64,000 nt of DNA from an uncultured Chloroflexia bacterium (GCA_963746845.1 CAVVCZ010000005.1:32001-96000), one strand, 5' to 3'; shown: positions 38,656 to 48,325, numbered from the stretch's first letter. Notes: generated by a model from the letters alone, not told the origin. Numbers and translations are program-made.

Positions 38656-40061
38656 GTCGCGGCCGGCTAGCGATCCACGCCCACTTCTATCAGCCCTCGC
38701 GCCTCGACCCGTGGACGGGTCGGGTGCCGGTCGAGCCGTCGGCCGCCCCGTTCCACGACTGGAACCAGCGGGTGGATGCCGAGTGCTACCGGCCGAATGC
38801 CGAGCGCGGCAACCTCGCCCGGATCTCGTGGAACCTCGGACCGACGCTCGCGGACTGGCTGGCCGAGGCCGACCCGGCGACGTACGGGCGGTTCGTCGCG
38901 GACAGCCGGGCCGCCAGCGCCCAGCCCTTCCACCATTCGATCCTGCCGCTCGCGTCGGCGGTGGATCGCCGGACGGAGATCGCCTGGGGGATCCGCGACT
39001 TCGAGCTGCGGTTCGGACGGAAGCCCGCCGGCATCTGGCTGCCGGAAGCCGCGGTCGACCTGCCGACCCTCCGCGAAGCCGCGGCGCAGGGGATCGCGTT
39101 CACGATCCTCGCCCCGTGGCAGGCCCACACGACGACCGGTGGCGGCATCGACACGCGCTACCCCTACCGGATCGACCTGGGTGACGATCGCCATATCGAC
39201 GTCGTCTTCTACGACGGTGGGCTGTCGGCGTCGATCTCCTTCGAGCCCGAGGCGTCGGCCGACGCCGATCGCTTCGCGCGTGAGCGGATCGCACCCCGGC
39301 TGCTGGACGGCCCGGACGCCATCGACCGTCCGATCGCGGTCATCGCGACCGACGGCGAGCTGTACGGCCACCATCAGCAGTTCCGTGACCTGTTCCTGCA
39401 ACGGCTCGTCGCTCCGGATCCCGGGGCGGATCGCGGGTACGACATCGTGACGGTCGACCAGATCGTCGCCGACGACGACGGGCATCCCCGCCCCACCGTC
39501 CGGATCGCGGAGCGAACGTCGTGGAGCTGCCATCATGGCGTGGCGCGCTGGAGCGGCGAATGCCCGGACGCCGCCGACGGACACTGGAAGGGCCCGCTCC
39601 GCGCCGCCTTCGAGCGTCTGGCGGGCGCGATCGATGCGGTCACCGCCGGTCGGCTGGCCAGCCTCCCCGGCTCCGTCGATCCGGATGCCGCGCGGGACGC
39701 CTACGTCGACGTCGCGATCGGCGCCCTGCCGGCTGCCGACTTCGCCGCGGATCGCTGGCCGGCGGCGTCGGACGACGGGCGACGCTGCGCCCTGGACCTC
39801 CTCGAGGCGCAGCGCTGGCGTCTCGCGATGTTCGCCAGCGACGGCTGGTTCTGGGACGACCCCGTCCGACCCGAGACCCGCTCGATCCTGCGGGCGGCGG
39901 CACGGGCCGTCCGGATCGTGGACGGGCTGGCCGGCACGCGGCTCGAGGCCCGGCTGGTCGACGACCTTGCGACGTTCACGTCCCCGTCGCGCGGCCTCGA
40001 CGGCGCGGCGATCTACCGGATGGCCCTCGCCGACGTCGACCAGCCGCCACCCTCAACGTGA
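38652..40061 (+). CDS. GH57 / DUF3536 glycoside hydrolase
   Basis: IHAHFYQP, HDWNQRVDAECY, GIWLPE, ATDGELYGHH, SWSCHHGVARW and AMFASDGWFWD. GTGA overlap with the upstream gene. Confidence 0.88.
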   Translation: MSRGRLAIHAHFYQPSRLDPWTGRVPVEPSAAPFHDWNQRVDAECYRPNAERGNLARISWNLGPTLADWLAEADPATYGRFVADSRAASAQPFHHSILPLASAVDRRTEIAWGIRDFELRFGRKPAGIWLPEAAVDLPTLREAAAQGIAFTILAPWQAHTTTGGGIDTRYPYRIDLGDDRHIDVVFYDGGLSASISFEPEASADADRFARERIAPRLLDGPDAIDRPIAVIATDGELYGHHQQFRDLFLQRLVAPDPGADRGYDIVTVDQIVADDDGHPRPTVRIAERTSWSCHHGVARWSGECPDAADGHWKGPLRAAFERLAGAIDAVTAGRLASLPGSVDPDAARDAYVDVAIGALPAADFAADRWPAASDDGRRCALDLLEAQRWRLAMFASDGWFWDDPVRPETRSILRAAARAVRIVDGLAGTRLEARLVDDLATFTSPSRGLDGAAIYRMALADVDQPPPST

Positions 40062-40868
40062 CGCCGGCACGGGCTCGGGCATGACGGTCAGGCTGACCAC
40101 CTCGGTCGGCGCTCCCTTGCCCTTCAGGTCGAGCGTCCGCCGGGAGAGCGCGGAGTCCAGGCCCGCGGCGATCGCGGCCTCGATCGTGACGAGCACCTCG
40201 CCCGCACTCGCCACGGCAGCGAGTCGAGCCGTGGTGTTGACGATATCGCCGACGGCGGTCAGCTCCGTGTGGGCCTCGTCGCCGACGGCGCCGACCCAGG
40301 CCCGGCCGGTGTGGACGCCGGCTCCGACCGGGACCCAGGGCCCGCCGGGATCGGCGTGGCCGGTCGCCGTGAGGATCCCTGTGCCGGCCGCGAGCGCTTC
40401 GGCTGCGTAGCGGTCGCCGCTCAGGAGCGGAAAGAAGAGGGCCATCACCTCGTCCCCGACGAACTTGTCGATCATCCCGTCGTGATCGAAGACGACGGCC
40501 GAAGCCGTCGTGTAGAAGCGATCGAGTCGACTCCGGAACGCGGCGGCCGACATGCCTTCCGCCATCGACGTGGAGCCCCGGATATCAGCGAACAGGATCG
40601 TGCAGTCAATCTCTGCCCCACCGTGATGCTCGGTCATGAAGTCGAAGCAGCTGGAACACATCGCCGGGTTCATCTCGGATGGCCGCTTGCCGATCATCCG
40701 CATGACCCGCCCGCCGGCACCGGCGAACGGTGCGGCGCAGAGCCGGCAGCGCGGCCCGTGCGGAATGCGCTTGAGGAGCATCCGGCCCTTGTGCTCCCGG
40801 CTGTCGCCGCGGGTCAGGAAGTCGTACCAGAACGCCTCGTCACGGCGAGGCGTCGACGGATCGGGCAT
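40053..40868 (-). CDS. Class III adenylate cyclase with an N-terminal CxxC/CxxC module
   Basis: LFADIRGST, DKFVGDEV and TAVGDIVNTTARL, with N-terminal CRLC..CSSC. SD GGAGG. Confidence 0.88.
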   Translation of the reverse strand: MPDPSTPRRDEAFWYDFLTRGDSREHKGRMLLKRIPHGPRCRLCAAPFAGAGGRVMRMIGKRPSEMNPAMCSSCFDFMTEHHGGAEIDCTILFADIRGSTSMAEGMSAAAFRSRLDRFYTTASAVVFDHDGMIDKFVGDEVMALFFPLLSGDRYAAEALAAGTGILTATGHADPGGPWVPVGAGVHTGRAWVGAVGDEAHTELTAVGDIVNTTARLAAVASAGEVLVTIEAAIAAGLDSALSRRTLDLKGKGAPTEVVSLTVMPEPVPASR

Positions 40869-41063
40869 GCCTCCACCACGGTAAGCCGGTCCTGCAAGGC
40901 CGCCGTCTCTCCCGAATCTGTGGCGAATTCGACACGATTCCTCCACGACCATCTGGTTGAGAGACTGGCCCGCTCGCCCGACGATTGTCGCGCGGCCGCA
41001 CCGGCCGCCGGCACCGCCCGATCCGGTCGCGCCGATGGCGCGCCAGCCCGTGATGACACCCTC

Positions 41064-41999
41064 GTGATCTCGAACCTCGGCAACAGCCTCAAGACCTGGA
41101 CCCTGCTCGCCGCTCTCGGCGGCCTCCTCATCGCCGTCGGCGGCCTCCTCGGCGGCCGCGGTGGCCTCGTTCTCGCCCTGTTCTTTGCCATCGCGATGAA
41201 CGTCTTCGTCTACTGGAAGAGCGATGCGCTCGCCCTGAAGGCGAACGGCGCCCGCGAGCTCCGTCCGGACGAGCAGCCCCGCCTCCGCCAGATCGTCGCG
41301 GACCTCGCGAACCGCGCCGGCCTGCCGATGCCGCGCCTGTATATCGTCGACCGGCCCGAGCCCAACGCGTTCGCGACCGGGCGCAACCCGGACCATGCCG
41401 CCGTCGCGGTGACGACCGGCATCCTCGAGCTCATGGACGAGCGCGAGCTCCGGGGCGTCCTCGCCCACGAGCTCTCGCACGTGAAGAACCGCGACACGCT
41501 GATCGGCACGATCGCCGCGACGGTCGGCGGCGCGATCAGCTTCCTCGCCCAGATGGCCCAGTTCCAGATGCTGTTCGGCGGCCGCGACGATCGCAACGGC
41601 GGCGGCTTCGGCGCCCTGATCGCGATCATCCTCGCCCCGATCGCGGCGCTGATCATCCAGCTCGCGGTGTCCCGTGGCCGCGAGTACGGGGCGGATCGAT
41701 CCGGGGCCCTGCTGACGGGCGATCCGGAGGGTCTCGCGTCGGCGCTCCAGGAGCTCGACACGGCCAACCGGGCCCGGCCAGGGCTCCTCGACCGGTTCGG
41801 CCGGCGCCCGATCGGACGAGGCCAGCCGCAGCCGATGCCGGCCCTGGCCGCGAACCCGGCGTTCGCCCACCTCTACATCGTCAACCCGCTGTCCGGCCGG
41901 GACGTCGGGAGCCTCTTCTCGACCCATCCCCCGATCGCCGATCGGATCGCGCGTCTCCGGGCCATGCGCGCCGGAGCCGTGGAGACCCGCTCCTTCTAG
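41064..41999 (+). CDS. htpX: Zinc metalloprotease HtpX (M48)
   Basis: PNAFATGRNP, GVLAHELSHVKNRD (HExxH), SRGREYGAD and LFSTHPPIADRIARL. Confidence 0.93.
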   Translation: MISNLGNSLKTWTLLAALGGLLIAVGGLLGGRGGLVLALFFAIAMNVFVYWKSDALALKANGARELRPDEQPRLRQIVADLANRAGLPMPRLYIVDRPEPNAFATGRNPDHAAVAVTTGILELMDERELRGVLAHELSHVKNRDTLIGTIAATVGGAISFLAQMAQFQMLFGGRDDRNGGGFGALIAIILAPIAALIIQLAVSRGREYGADRSGALLTGDPEGLASALQELDTANRARPGLLDRFGRRPIGRGQPQPMPALAANPAFAHLYIVNPLSGRDVGSLFSTHPPIADRIARLRAMRAGAVETRSF

Positions 42000-42050
42000 C
42001 CTCGTCGACGGGTGATCGCCCGGATCGCCCGCGGTTCGGTCCAGGAATCC

Positions 42051-42083
42051 AACAGCCCGCGGCCTGCGCGCCGCGGGCTGTTT
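42051..42083. terminator. Intrinsic, probably bidirectional terminator
   Basis: AACAGCCCGCGG-N8-CCGCGGGCTGTT(T), a 12-bp perfect stem between convergent genes. Confidence 0.75.
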
Positions 42084-42133
42084 GGTTCACCGTCGCGGGG
42101 AGGCGCGACGGCGGTAGATTGTCGGAGGACGGT

Positions 42134-42256
42134 TCAGGCGAGCGCGAAGCTCGACTGGTCGTTCGGATCGAGGTTGGTGGTCCGGGAGTCGGCGCCCCAC
42201 GCCTGGGCGGCGATGCCGATCAGCGCGAGGACTGCGACGAGAAGGAGGAATTCCAT
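42134..42256 (-). CDS. Small membrane-anchored protein, 40 aa (missed by the ORF track)
   Basis: MEFLLLVAVLALIGIAAQAWGADSRTTNLDPNDQSSFALA*. Nearly all third codon positions are G/C, AAGGTG SD, terminator downstream. Alternative in-frame ATG at 42277. Confidence 0.7.
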   Translation of the reverse strand: MEFLLLVAVLALIGIAAQAWGADSRTTNLDPNDQSSFALA

Positions 42257-42322
42257 CGCGTTCACCTTGGGTTCCATTTGGTACAGTTGACTAGGCCAAA
42301 ACAGTACTTGGACTATCGGACT

Positions 42323-43369
42323 ATGTCAATTGGACAAACGTCCAGTGCTGACGACGACCGTTCGGACGAGGACCGTCCGTCCGGGACCGCCGGCGACCTG
42401 GACGTCGAGCGGGACTCGGATGTCCCGATCTCCACCCAGATCTACTGGCAGCTCGCCTACCAGATCGACTCCGGCCGGCTGCTGCCCGGTGTCCGTCTCG
42501 CGCCCGTGCGCGAGCTGGGTGCCGCGCTCCGAGTGAACCCCAACACGATCCGGGCGGTCTATCGTCGTTTGGCCGACGCCGGTTACGTCACCAGTCGCCA
42601 CGGCGCCGGCACGCACGTGGCCGTGCGGCCGCCCGGACGGCGCGGTGCGGAGGCGCTTGCGGGGATCGTCGCCGAGATGATCAGGCGCGCAGCCGAGGCG
42701 GGCTTCGACGCCGACGAGGTGGCCTCGGCCGCGTTCGCCGCCGCGAGCGAGCGGAAGCGCCCCGGTCCGAAGGTCCAGGTGCTGTTCGCCGAGTGCACGA
42801 ACGCGGATGCCGGCTACGACGCGCAGCGGCTGGCCGACATCTTTCCCGACCTGGTCGACGTCGAGGGCGCCCTGCTCGACGACCTCCCGGATCGCCTCGA
42901 ACGGTTCCACTACGACCTCGTCGCGACGACGACGTTCCACGCGGACGAGGCCCAGGCACTCGTCCACGGCCGCGTCCCGGTCGTCGCGATGCTCGTCGGG
43001 CCGGGCTACCTGGAGCTCGTCCACGAGATCGCCGCGCTGCCCTCGGGATCGCGGGTGGGGCTCGTCTGCGCCTCGTCACGCGGCACCGAGAACATGTCCG
43101 AGACGCTGGCGCTGTCGGGCGCGACCGGGATCGAGCTGATCTCGGCGACGATGGACAACGATCGCGACCTGGACCTGATCGATCGGACCGCCGACGTGAT
43201 CCTCCTCTCGCGCGAGTCGATCGCGAACGGGCTCGAGTCCCGGTTCGAGCGGCCCGAGCGTCTCCGCCAGTGGTCGTACGAGTTCGATCCCGCGGGGCTC
43301 GAGCTGCTCCGCCGCGGCGTCGAGCACGTCACCGCGACGCGGCGCCGGGAGGCGGTCGCCGCGGGCTGA
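42323..43369 (+). CDS. GntR-family regulator with a long atypical C-terminal domain
   Basis: PISTQIYWQL..VRELGAALRVNPNTIRAVYRRL..RHGAGTHV wHTH, followed by ~200 aa of alpha/beta domains (VLFAECT, VGLVCAS). Confidence 0.88.
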   Translation: MSIGQTSSADDDRSDEDRPSGTAGDLDVERDSDVPISTQIYWQLAYQIDSGRLLPGVRLAPVRELGAALRVNPNTIRAVYRRLADAGYVTSRHGAGTHVAVRPPGRRGAEALAGIVAEMIRRAAEAGFDADEVASAAFAAASERKRPGPKVQVLFAECTNADAGYDAQRLADIFPDLVDVEGALLDDLPDRLERFHYDLVATTTFHADEAQALVHGRVPVVAMLVGPGYLELVHEIAALPSGSRVGLVCASSRGTENMSETLALSGATGIELISATMDNDRDLDLIDRTADVILLSRESIANGLESRFERPERLRQWSYEFDPAGLELLRRGVEHVTATRRREAVAAG

Positions 43370-43425
43370 AGGGCGGTCCCGCGGGGCGGCCTCGACGCTG
43401 GACCCCGCGTGCCACACTCGCGACG

Positions 43426-46400
43426 ATGGAACGGATGCCCTTCCTCGGCGCGACGCTCGACCGGCTCGACCTGGAGACCGTCGTCCCGACCGACGGCCCC
43501 CTCCAGCCCACGGCCGCGCGGCGGATCGTCGGCGCGCTCGTCGCCGAGCGACCGTCGGTGGCGCGCCAGCCGCTGCCGGGTGACCTGCTGGCGCTGAGCA
43601 TCCTCCACGAGGCGGCCCACCTCGCGATCCTCGCCGCCGCCCGGCGCCAGCCCGAGGCCGCGATCGGGGCCGCGCTCCCGGCGGTCCGCGAGGCGGTCGG
43701 TCCGCGGCCCACGACGGCGCTCCTCCAGTCGTTCGCCGGCGCGTTCCCGGGCGTCGACCAGACGCCGCCCGCGCGTCTGGAGGACCTCGTCCTCGTCCAT
43801 CTGGCCAACGTCAACCCCGCGGCGGCACCGCTGCGCGAGCTCGTCGACGACCGCGGGCTGCCCGCCACGAGCCTGGCGGCGGCGATCCGCGCCCTGGAGC
43901 GGCACGGGGCCACGCTCGTCATCGGCGACGGCACCCCGGGCGGCGGCGTCCCCCTGCTCGAGCTGCTGCGCGAGCCGGCCCGTCAGTCCCCGGACTCGCT
44001 GAGTGGCCAGCTGCGCTACGTCCGCGACCACTGGGGCTGGCTGCTCGGGTCGGCGCTGGACGATCTCGTCGGGCGGCTCGAGGCGGCGATCGGGATCCTC
44101 GCAGAGGAGCACCACGGCCTGCACCTGCGGTTCGGTGGCGGGGGTGGCGCGGGGGTCGGCGAGGCGCCGTCGTTCACCGGCGCCGAAGCCGAGATCGAGC
44201 GGTTCTCCGAGGATCGCGACTGGATGCCGCGTCTGGTCCTCCTCGCGAAGAGCACGTACGTCTGGCTCGACCAGCTGTCGCGCCGCCACGGTCGCGAGAT
44301 CCGGACCCTGGACGCGATCCCGGACGAGGAGCTGGCGGCCATCGCGGATCGTGGGATCACCGGTCTGTGGCTGATCGGCCTCTGGCAGCGGTCGCGCGCC
44401 TCGGAGCGGATCAAGCGCTGGCGCGGCAACGCGGACGCGGTCGCCTCGGCGTACTCGCTCGACGACTACCGGATCGCCGATGACATCGGCGGCGAGGACG
44501 CCCTGGCCCGGCTGCGCGAGATGGCGTGGCGGCACGGGATCCGCCTCGCGAGCGACATGGTCCCGAACCACATGGGCATCGATTCGCACTGGGTGATCGA
44601 GCACCCGGAGCGGTTCATCCAGGTCGGCGAGCCGCCCTTCCCGGCCTATCGGTTCGAGGGCGCCAACCTCGCGGACGACCCGCGGGTCGAGATCCGGCTC
44701 GAGGACCATTACTGGGACGACACCGACGCCGCGGTCGTCTTCGAGCGCCGGGACACCGTCACCGGCGAGCGCGGCTACCTCTATCACGGCAATGACGGGA
44801 CGAGCTTTCCGTGGAACGACACGGCCCAGCTCGACTTCCTCCAGGCGGACGTCCGCGAGACGGTGATCCGGACGATCCTCGACGTCGCCCGGCGGTTCCC
44901 GGTGATCCGGTTCGACGCCGCGATGGTCCTCGCGAAGAAGCACGTCGAGCGGCTGTGGTACCCCGAGCCCGGTCACGGCGGGGCAATCCCGTCCCGCGCC
45001 GAGCACGCGATCCCGAAGGCCGTCTTCGACCGCCTGATGCCGACCGAGTTCTGGCGCGACGTCGTCGACCGGGTCGCCGCGGATGCACCGGACACGCTCC
45101 TGCTCGCCGAAGCGTTCTGGCTCCTCGAGGGCTACTTCGTCCGGACGCTCGGGATGCACCGCGTCTACAACAGCGCGTTCATGCACATGATCCGGGACGA
45201 GGACAACGCGGGCTACCGCAAGGTGATCCGCGAGACGGTCGAGTTCGATCCGGCCATCCTCGGGCGCTACGTGAACTTCCTCACGAACCCGGACGAGGAG
45301 ACGGCGATCGAGCAGTTCGGGACGGGCGACAAGTACTTCGGCGCTGCCACGCTGCTCGCGACGCTGCCCGGTCTGCCGATGATCGGGCACGGCCAGCTCG
45401 AAGGGTTCACCGAGAAGTACGGCATGGAGTTCCAGCGCGCCCGGCTGGACGAGCAGCCGAACGAAGGGCTCCAGAGGCATTTCGACGCCCAGCTCGTGCC
45501 GATCCTCCGCGAGCGGCGGCGGTACGCGGGCTCGGCCGACTTCCGGCTGTACGACGTCGTGGCGGATGGCGGCGGCGTGATCGAGGACGTCTTCGCCTAC
45601 TCGAACGGACGTGGCCCGGATCGCTCGATCGTCGCGTATCACAACCGGTTCGCCTCGGCGGGTGGCTGGATCCGGGATTCGGTCCCGTTCGCCGAGAAGC
45701 ACGGCGACGGGTCGAAGACGCTCCGACGCGACACGCTGGCCGGGGCGCTCGGGCTGGCGGGCCCCGACGACGGCTGGCTGCGGCTCCGGGATCGACGATC
45801 AGCCCGGGAGACCCTCCGGTCCGTTGGCGAGATCCGCTCGCGCGGCCTGTTCATCGGGCTCGAGGCCTACGGCTGCGTCGTGATCGATCGGCTCGCCGAG
45901 GTGTCATCGACGGCGGACGAGCCGTGGGCGGCCCTGGCCGCCGAGCTCGGCGATGCCTGGATCCCGTCGCTCGACGAGGCGCTCGCCGATCTCCGACTCC
46001 GGCCGATCCACGACCGCGTGAGCGCGGCGCTCGCATCGCGGGGCACGGCCCTCGTCGATCCGGCCGGTGCCGCCCTCCGGTTGGGCGAGGCGGTCGACGG
46101 CCTCGACCGGCGCGGGTTCGACGAGCTCCGCCTGGCGGGTCCGCTCGGCCGGGCCGGGTTGGACGCCGGCGCGATCGCCCGGACCCGGCTGGCGGTGGGT
46201 CTCGCTCATCCGGCGACCGTTCGCCCGCCCGGCGCCCTGGCCGAAGCCTGGCTCGGCGACCCCGACGTGGCGGCGTTCCTCGAGGTCCACGGCTGGGAGG
46301 GGCACACGTTCCTGAGCCGCGAGCGCTGGGAGGAGCTCCTCGATCTCGCCGCCGCGCTGGACGGGGCCGGCGGCGCGACGCGACGTGCCCCGGCGATCGG

Positions 46401-46515
46401 ACGCCTGCGGTCCGCCGCGGCATCGGCCGGCTACGACGTGGACCGGCTCCGAGCGACGCTCGCGGTCCCGGCGAAGGCGGTCCCGGCGAAGGCCGCGCCG
46501 GCGCGTCGCCGCTGA
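43426..46515 (+). CDS. Large (~1030 aa) GH13 alpha-amylase-family protein
   Basis: SAYSLDDY, SDMVPNH, VIRFDAAM, LAEAFW and NPDEE (D/E/D triad), with long helical extensions at both ends. Confidence 0.85.
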   Translation: MERMPFLGATLDRLDLETVVPTDGPLQPTAARRIVGALVAERPSVARQPLPGDLLALSILHEAAHLAILAAARRQPEAAIGAALPAVREAVGPRPTTALLQSFAGAFPGVDQTPPARLEDLVLVHLANVNPAAAPLRELVDDRGLPATSLAAAIRALERHGATLVIGDGTPGGGVPLLELLREPARQSPDSLSGQLRYVRDHWGWLLGSALDDLVGRLEAAIGILAEEHHGLHLRFGGGGGAGVGEAPSFTGAEAEIERFSEDRDWMPRLVLLAKSTYVWLDQLSRRHGREIRTLDAIPDEELAAIADRGITGLWLIGLWQRSRASERIKRWRGNADAVASAYSLDDYRIADDIGGEDALARLREMAWRHGIRLASDMVPNHMGIDSHWVIEHPERFIQVGEPPFPAYRFEGANLADDPRVEIRLEDHYWDDTDAAVVFERRDTVTGERGYLYHGNDGTSFPWNDTAQLDFLQADVRETVIRTILDVARRFPVIRFDAAMVLAKKHVERLWYPEPGHGGAIPSRAEHAIPKAVFDRLMPTEFWRDVVDRVAADAPDTLLLAEAFWLLEGYFVRTLGMHRVYNSAFMHMIRDEDNAGYRKVIRETVEFDPAILGRYVNFLTNPDEETAIEQFGTGDKYFGAATLLATLPGLPMIGHGQLEGFTEKYGMEFQRARLDEQPNEGLQRHFDAQLVPILRERRRYAGSADFRLYDVVADGGGVIEDVFAYSNGRGPDRSIVAYHNRFASAGGWIRDSVPFAEKHGDGSKTLRRDTLAGALGLAGPDDGWLRLRDRRSARETLRSVGEIRSRGLFIGLEAYGCVVIDRLAEVSSTADEPWAALAAELGDAWIPSLDEALADLRLRPIHDRVSAALASRGTALVDPAGAALRLGEAVDGLDRRGFDELRLAGPLGRAGLDAGAIARTRLAVGLAHPATVRPPGALAEAWLGDPDVAAFLEVHGWEGHTFLSRERWEELLDLAAALDGAGGATRRAPAIGRLRSAAASAGYDVDRLRATLAVPAKAVPAKAAPARRR

Positions 46516-46522
46516 GCCGGCC

Positions 46523-48325
46523 TCAGTCGAGGAGCAGCCGCCGGAGGAGCGGCATCGGCGGCGCCCCGTGGGACAGGCACGCCTCGAGGTGCCGTCGGTA
46601 GTCGAAGCCGGGCGTCTTGCCGTAGTCGCCGACGACCCGCGGTCTCGGCACGGCGTCCGCTCGCGCTCCCGTCGCGCTCGCGGCGCGTCGGCGCGCCTCG
46701 TCCTCGAGGTCCCAGAACGCGATCGAGCCGACGAAATACGTCGAGAGCTGGGTGGAGGTGAGCCGGGCCCGGTCGTACTTCGCGCGGGCCTCGGCCTCCT
46801 CCTGGAACCCGCCCGCGACCATCAGCTCGACCGCTTCGTCCTCGGTCATGCCCGCGGTGTGGATTCCGGCGTCGATCAACGCGTTGACGACGCACCGGAG
46901 GTAGTACTTCCAATGGCAGAGCAGGAGGGCCGGGTCGGTCGCGGCGTAGCCCGCGTCCATCATCACCTGGGTCACATAGACGGCCCAGCCCTCGTTGTAG
47001 ACGCCGCTGCGGAAGATCGCCCTCGTCGGCGATGCGCCCCGGTTCGCGTAGACGCCCTGCAGGTAGTGCCCCGGCACGGCCTCGTGGATCGTCAGCACCT
47101 GGAGCATCCGGTCGTTGTTCTCGCGCAGGCGGGACTCGACCTGGTCGGGGGTGGCGCGCTCGTCGATCGGGGTGATGAAGAACATCGAGGTGAGGCCCGC
47201 GTCGAGCGGGCCCGGTGCGCTGAGCATCGCCGCCCCGAACGCCCGCAGGAAGACGGGCGTCCAGCGGATCTCGAGCGGTTCGTCGGCCAGCCCGATGAGC
47301 CCGCGCTCGCGGCAGAACGCCTCGATCCGGCCGACCTCCGCCCGGCAGAAGTCGAGCAGCCCATCGCGCTCCGGATGCCGGATGGCGATCGCATCCCAGA
47401 CGGCCCGGACCACGTCGACGTCGTCGTCCGGGACCGGCCGGTCGCCGAGCCACGCCGGGGCAATCGCGCGAGCGATCCGGACCATCTCGGCACGAACGGC
47501 ACCGAACTCGTGCTCGGCCCGCTCGCGGATCCGGTCCGTGGTGACGGACTCGTCGCGCATCGTCACGGCCAGCTTCGCCGCGAACAGCTCCGGGCCGAGC
47601 CGCCCTTCGCCCGCCGAGGCCGGGAGGACGACGTCGCGCAGGTGGCGCTCCATCCCGTCCAATGACGCGGTCGCGTCCGCGCGTGCAGCCCGCAGCCGAG
47701 GCAGGACGGCGGCGACCTCCGCGTCGCCCGCCGCGACGGCCGCCTCGCCGGTCTCGATCGCTTCGTCGACGATCGAGATCAGGCCGGGCCACTGCTCGAG
47801 CGCTTTCTCGGTGTGCAACCGGTCGACCGGCCGGCCGTCGACACCGACCAGCGCCGCGCGGGCGGCGTCCACGACCCACGACAGGCCCTCGGCCCGGGAC
47901 GCGATCGACGCGAGCCGGTCCGCCAATGGCGCGAACTCGCGTGCCAGGAGGCCGAAGAAGCCCTCCCCGATCACGTAGACCCACCAGATCGGGCTCCACG
48001 CCTCCTCGCGGAGGACCATGTCGCCGAAGCGCTGAGCGGCCAGCTCGCCGAGGAGCAGGTCGCGGTCGATCCGTTCGTCGGCGGTGAGCCCGGCGTCCTC
48101 GACGGCGCCGAACGCGGACGTCCACGCGTCCACGAAGGCGAGACGGGCCGCGCGCCCGGCCTCCGACAGGTCCGGCCAGGCGCCGTCGTGGGCGTGGTTG
48201 CCCATCGCCGTCGCGAACACGGGATCGAGGGCGAACGTCGCGTCGAGGAAGGCGTCGACGCGCGCGGCGAACTCGCTCAAGGCCGGCTCCGCTGTGGGTG
48301 GCCCGAGTCTAGCGGCCGCCGGCAC
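46523..48325 (-). CDS. DUF885-family protein (metallopeptidase-like)
   Basis: TIHEAVPGHYLQ, YNEGWAVY and TQLSTYFVG motifs. Start uncertain. Confidence 0.85.
   Translation of the reverse strand: MPAAARLGPPTAEPALSEFAARVDAFLDATFALDPVFATAMGNHAHDGAWPDLSEAGRAARLAFVDAWTSAFGAVEDAGLTADERIDRDLLLGELAAQRFGDMVLREEAWSPIWWVYVIGEGFFGLLAREFAPLADRLASIASRAEGLSWVVDAARAALVGVDGRPVDRLHTEKALEQWPGLISIVDEAIETGEAAVAAGDAEVAAVLPRLRAARADATASLDGMERHLRDVVLPASAGEGRLGPELFAAKLAVTMRDESVTTDRIRERAEHEFGAVRAEMVRIARAIAPAWLGDRPVPDDDVDVVRAVWDAIAIRHPERDGLLDFCRAEVGRIEAFCRERGLIGLADEPLEIRWTPVFLRAFGAAMLSAPGPLDAGLTSMFFITPIDERATPDQVESRLRENNDRMLQVLTIHEAVPGHYLQGVYANRGASPTRAIFRSGVYNEGWAVYVTQVMMDAGYAATDPALLLCHWKYYLRCVVNALIDAGIHTAGMTEDEAVELMVAGGFQEEAEARAKYDRARLTSTQLSTYFVGSIAFWDLEDEARRRAASATGARADAVPRPRVVGDYGKTPGFDYRRHLEACLSHGAPPMPLLRRLLLD

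Noticed and set aside
42100-42300. Possible tmRNA, because of the ...SSFALA* ending
   Set aside because: No tRNA-Ala-like ends or T-arm are present and the space is too small. The frame has its own ATG and a TM helix.
46462-46491. 15-bp tandem repeat (GCGGTCCCGGCGAAG x2), and similar short repeats near 37900 and 55895-55965
   Set aside because: These are low-complexity coding repeats (AVPAK, DGS, poly-Gly) with no spacers. They are not CRISPR or mobile-element repeats.
36966-46515. Very long ORFs 36966-40061, 40053-41927, 40269-41999 and 42793-46515
   Set aside because: Their N-terminal parts are Arg/Pro/Gly-rich shadows of neighbouring genes. The real starts are at 38652, 40868, 41064 and 43426.
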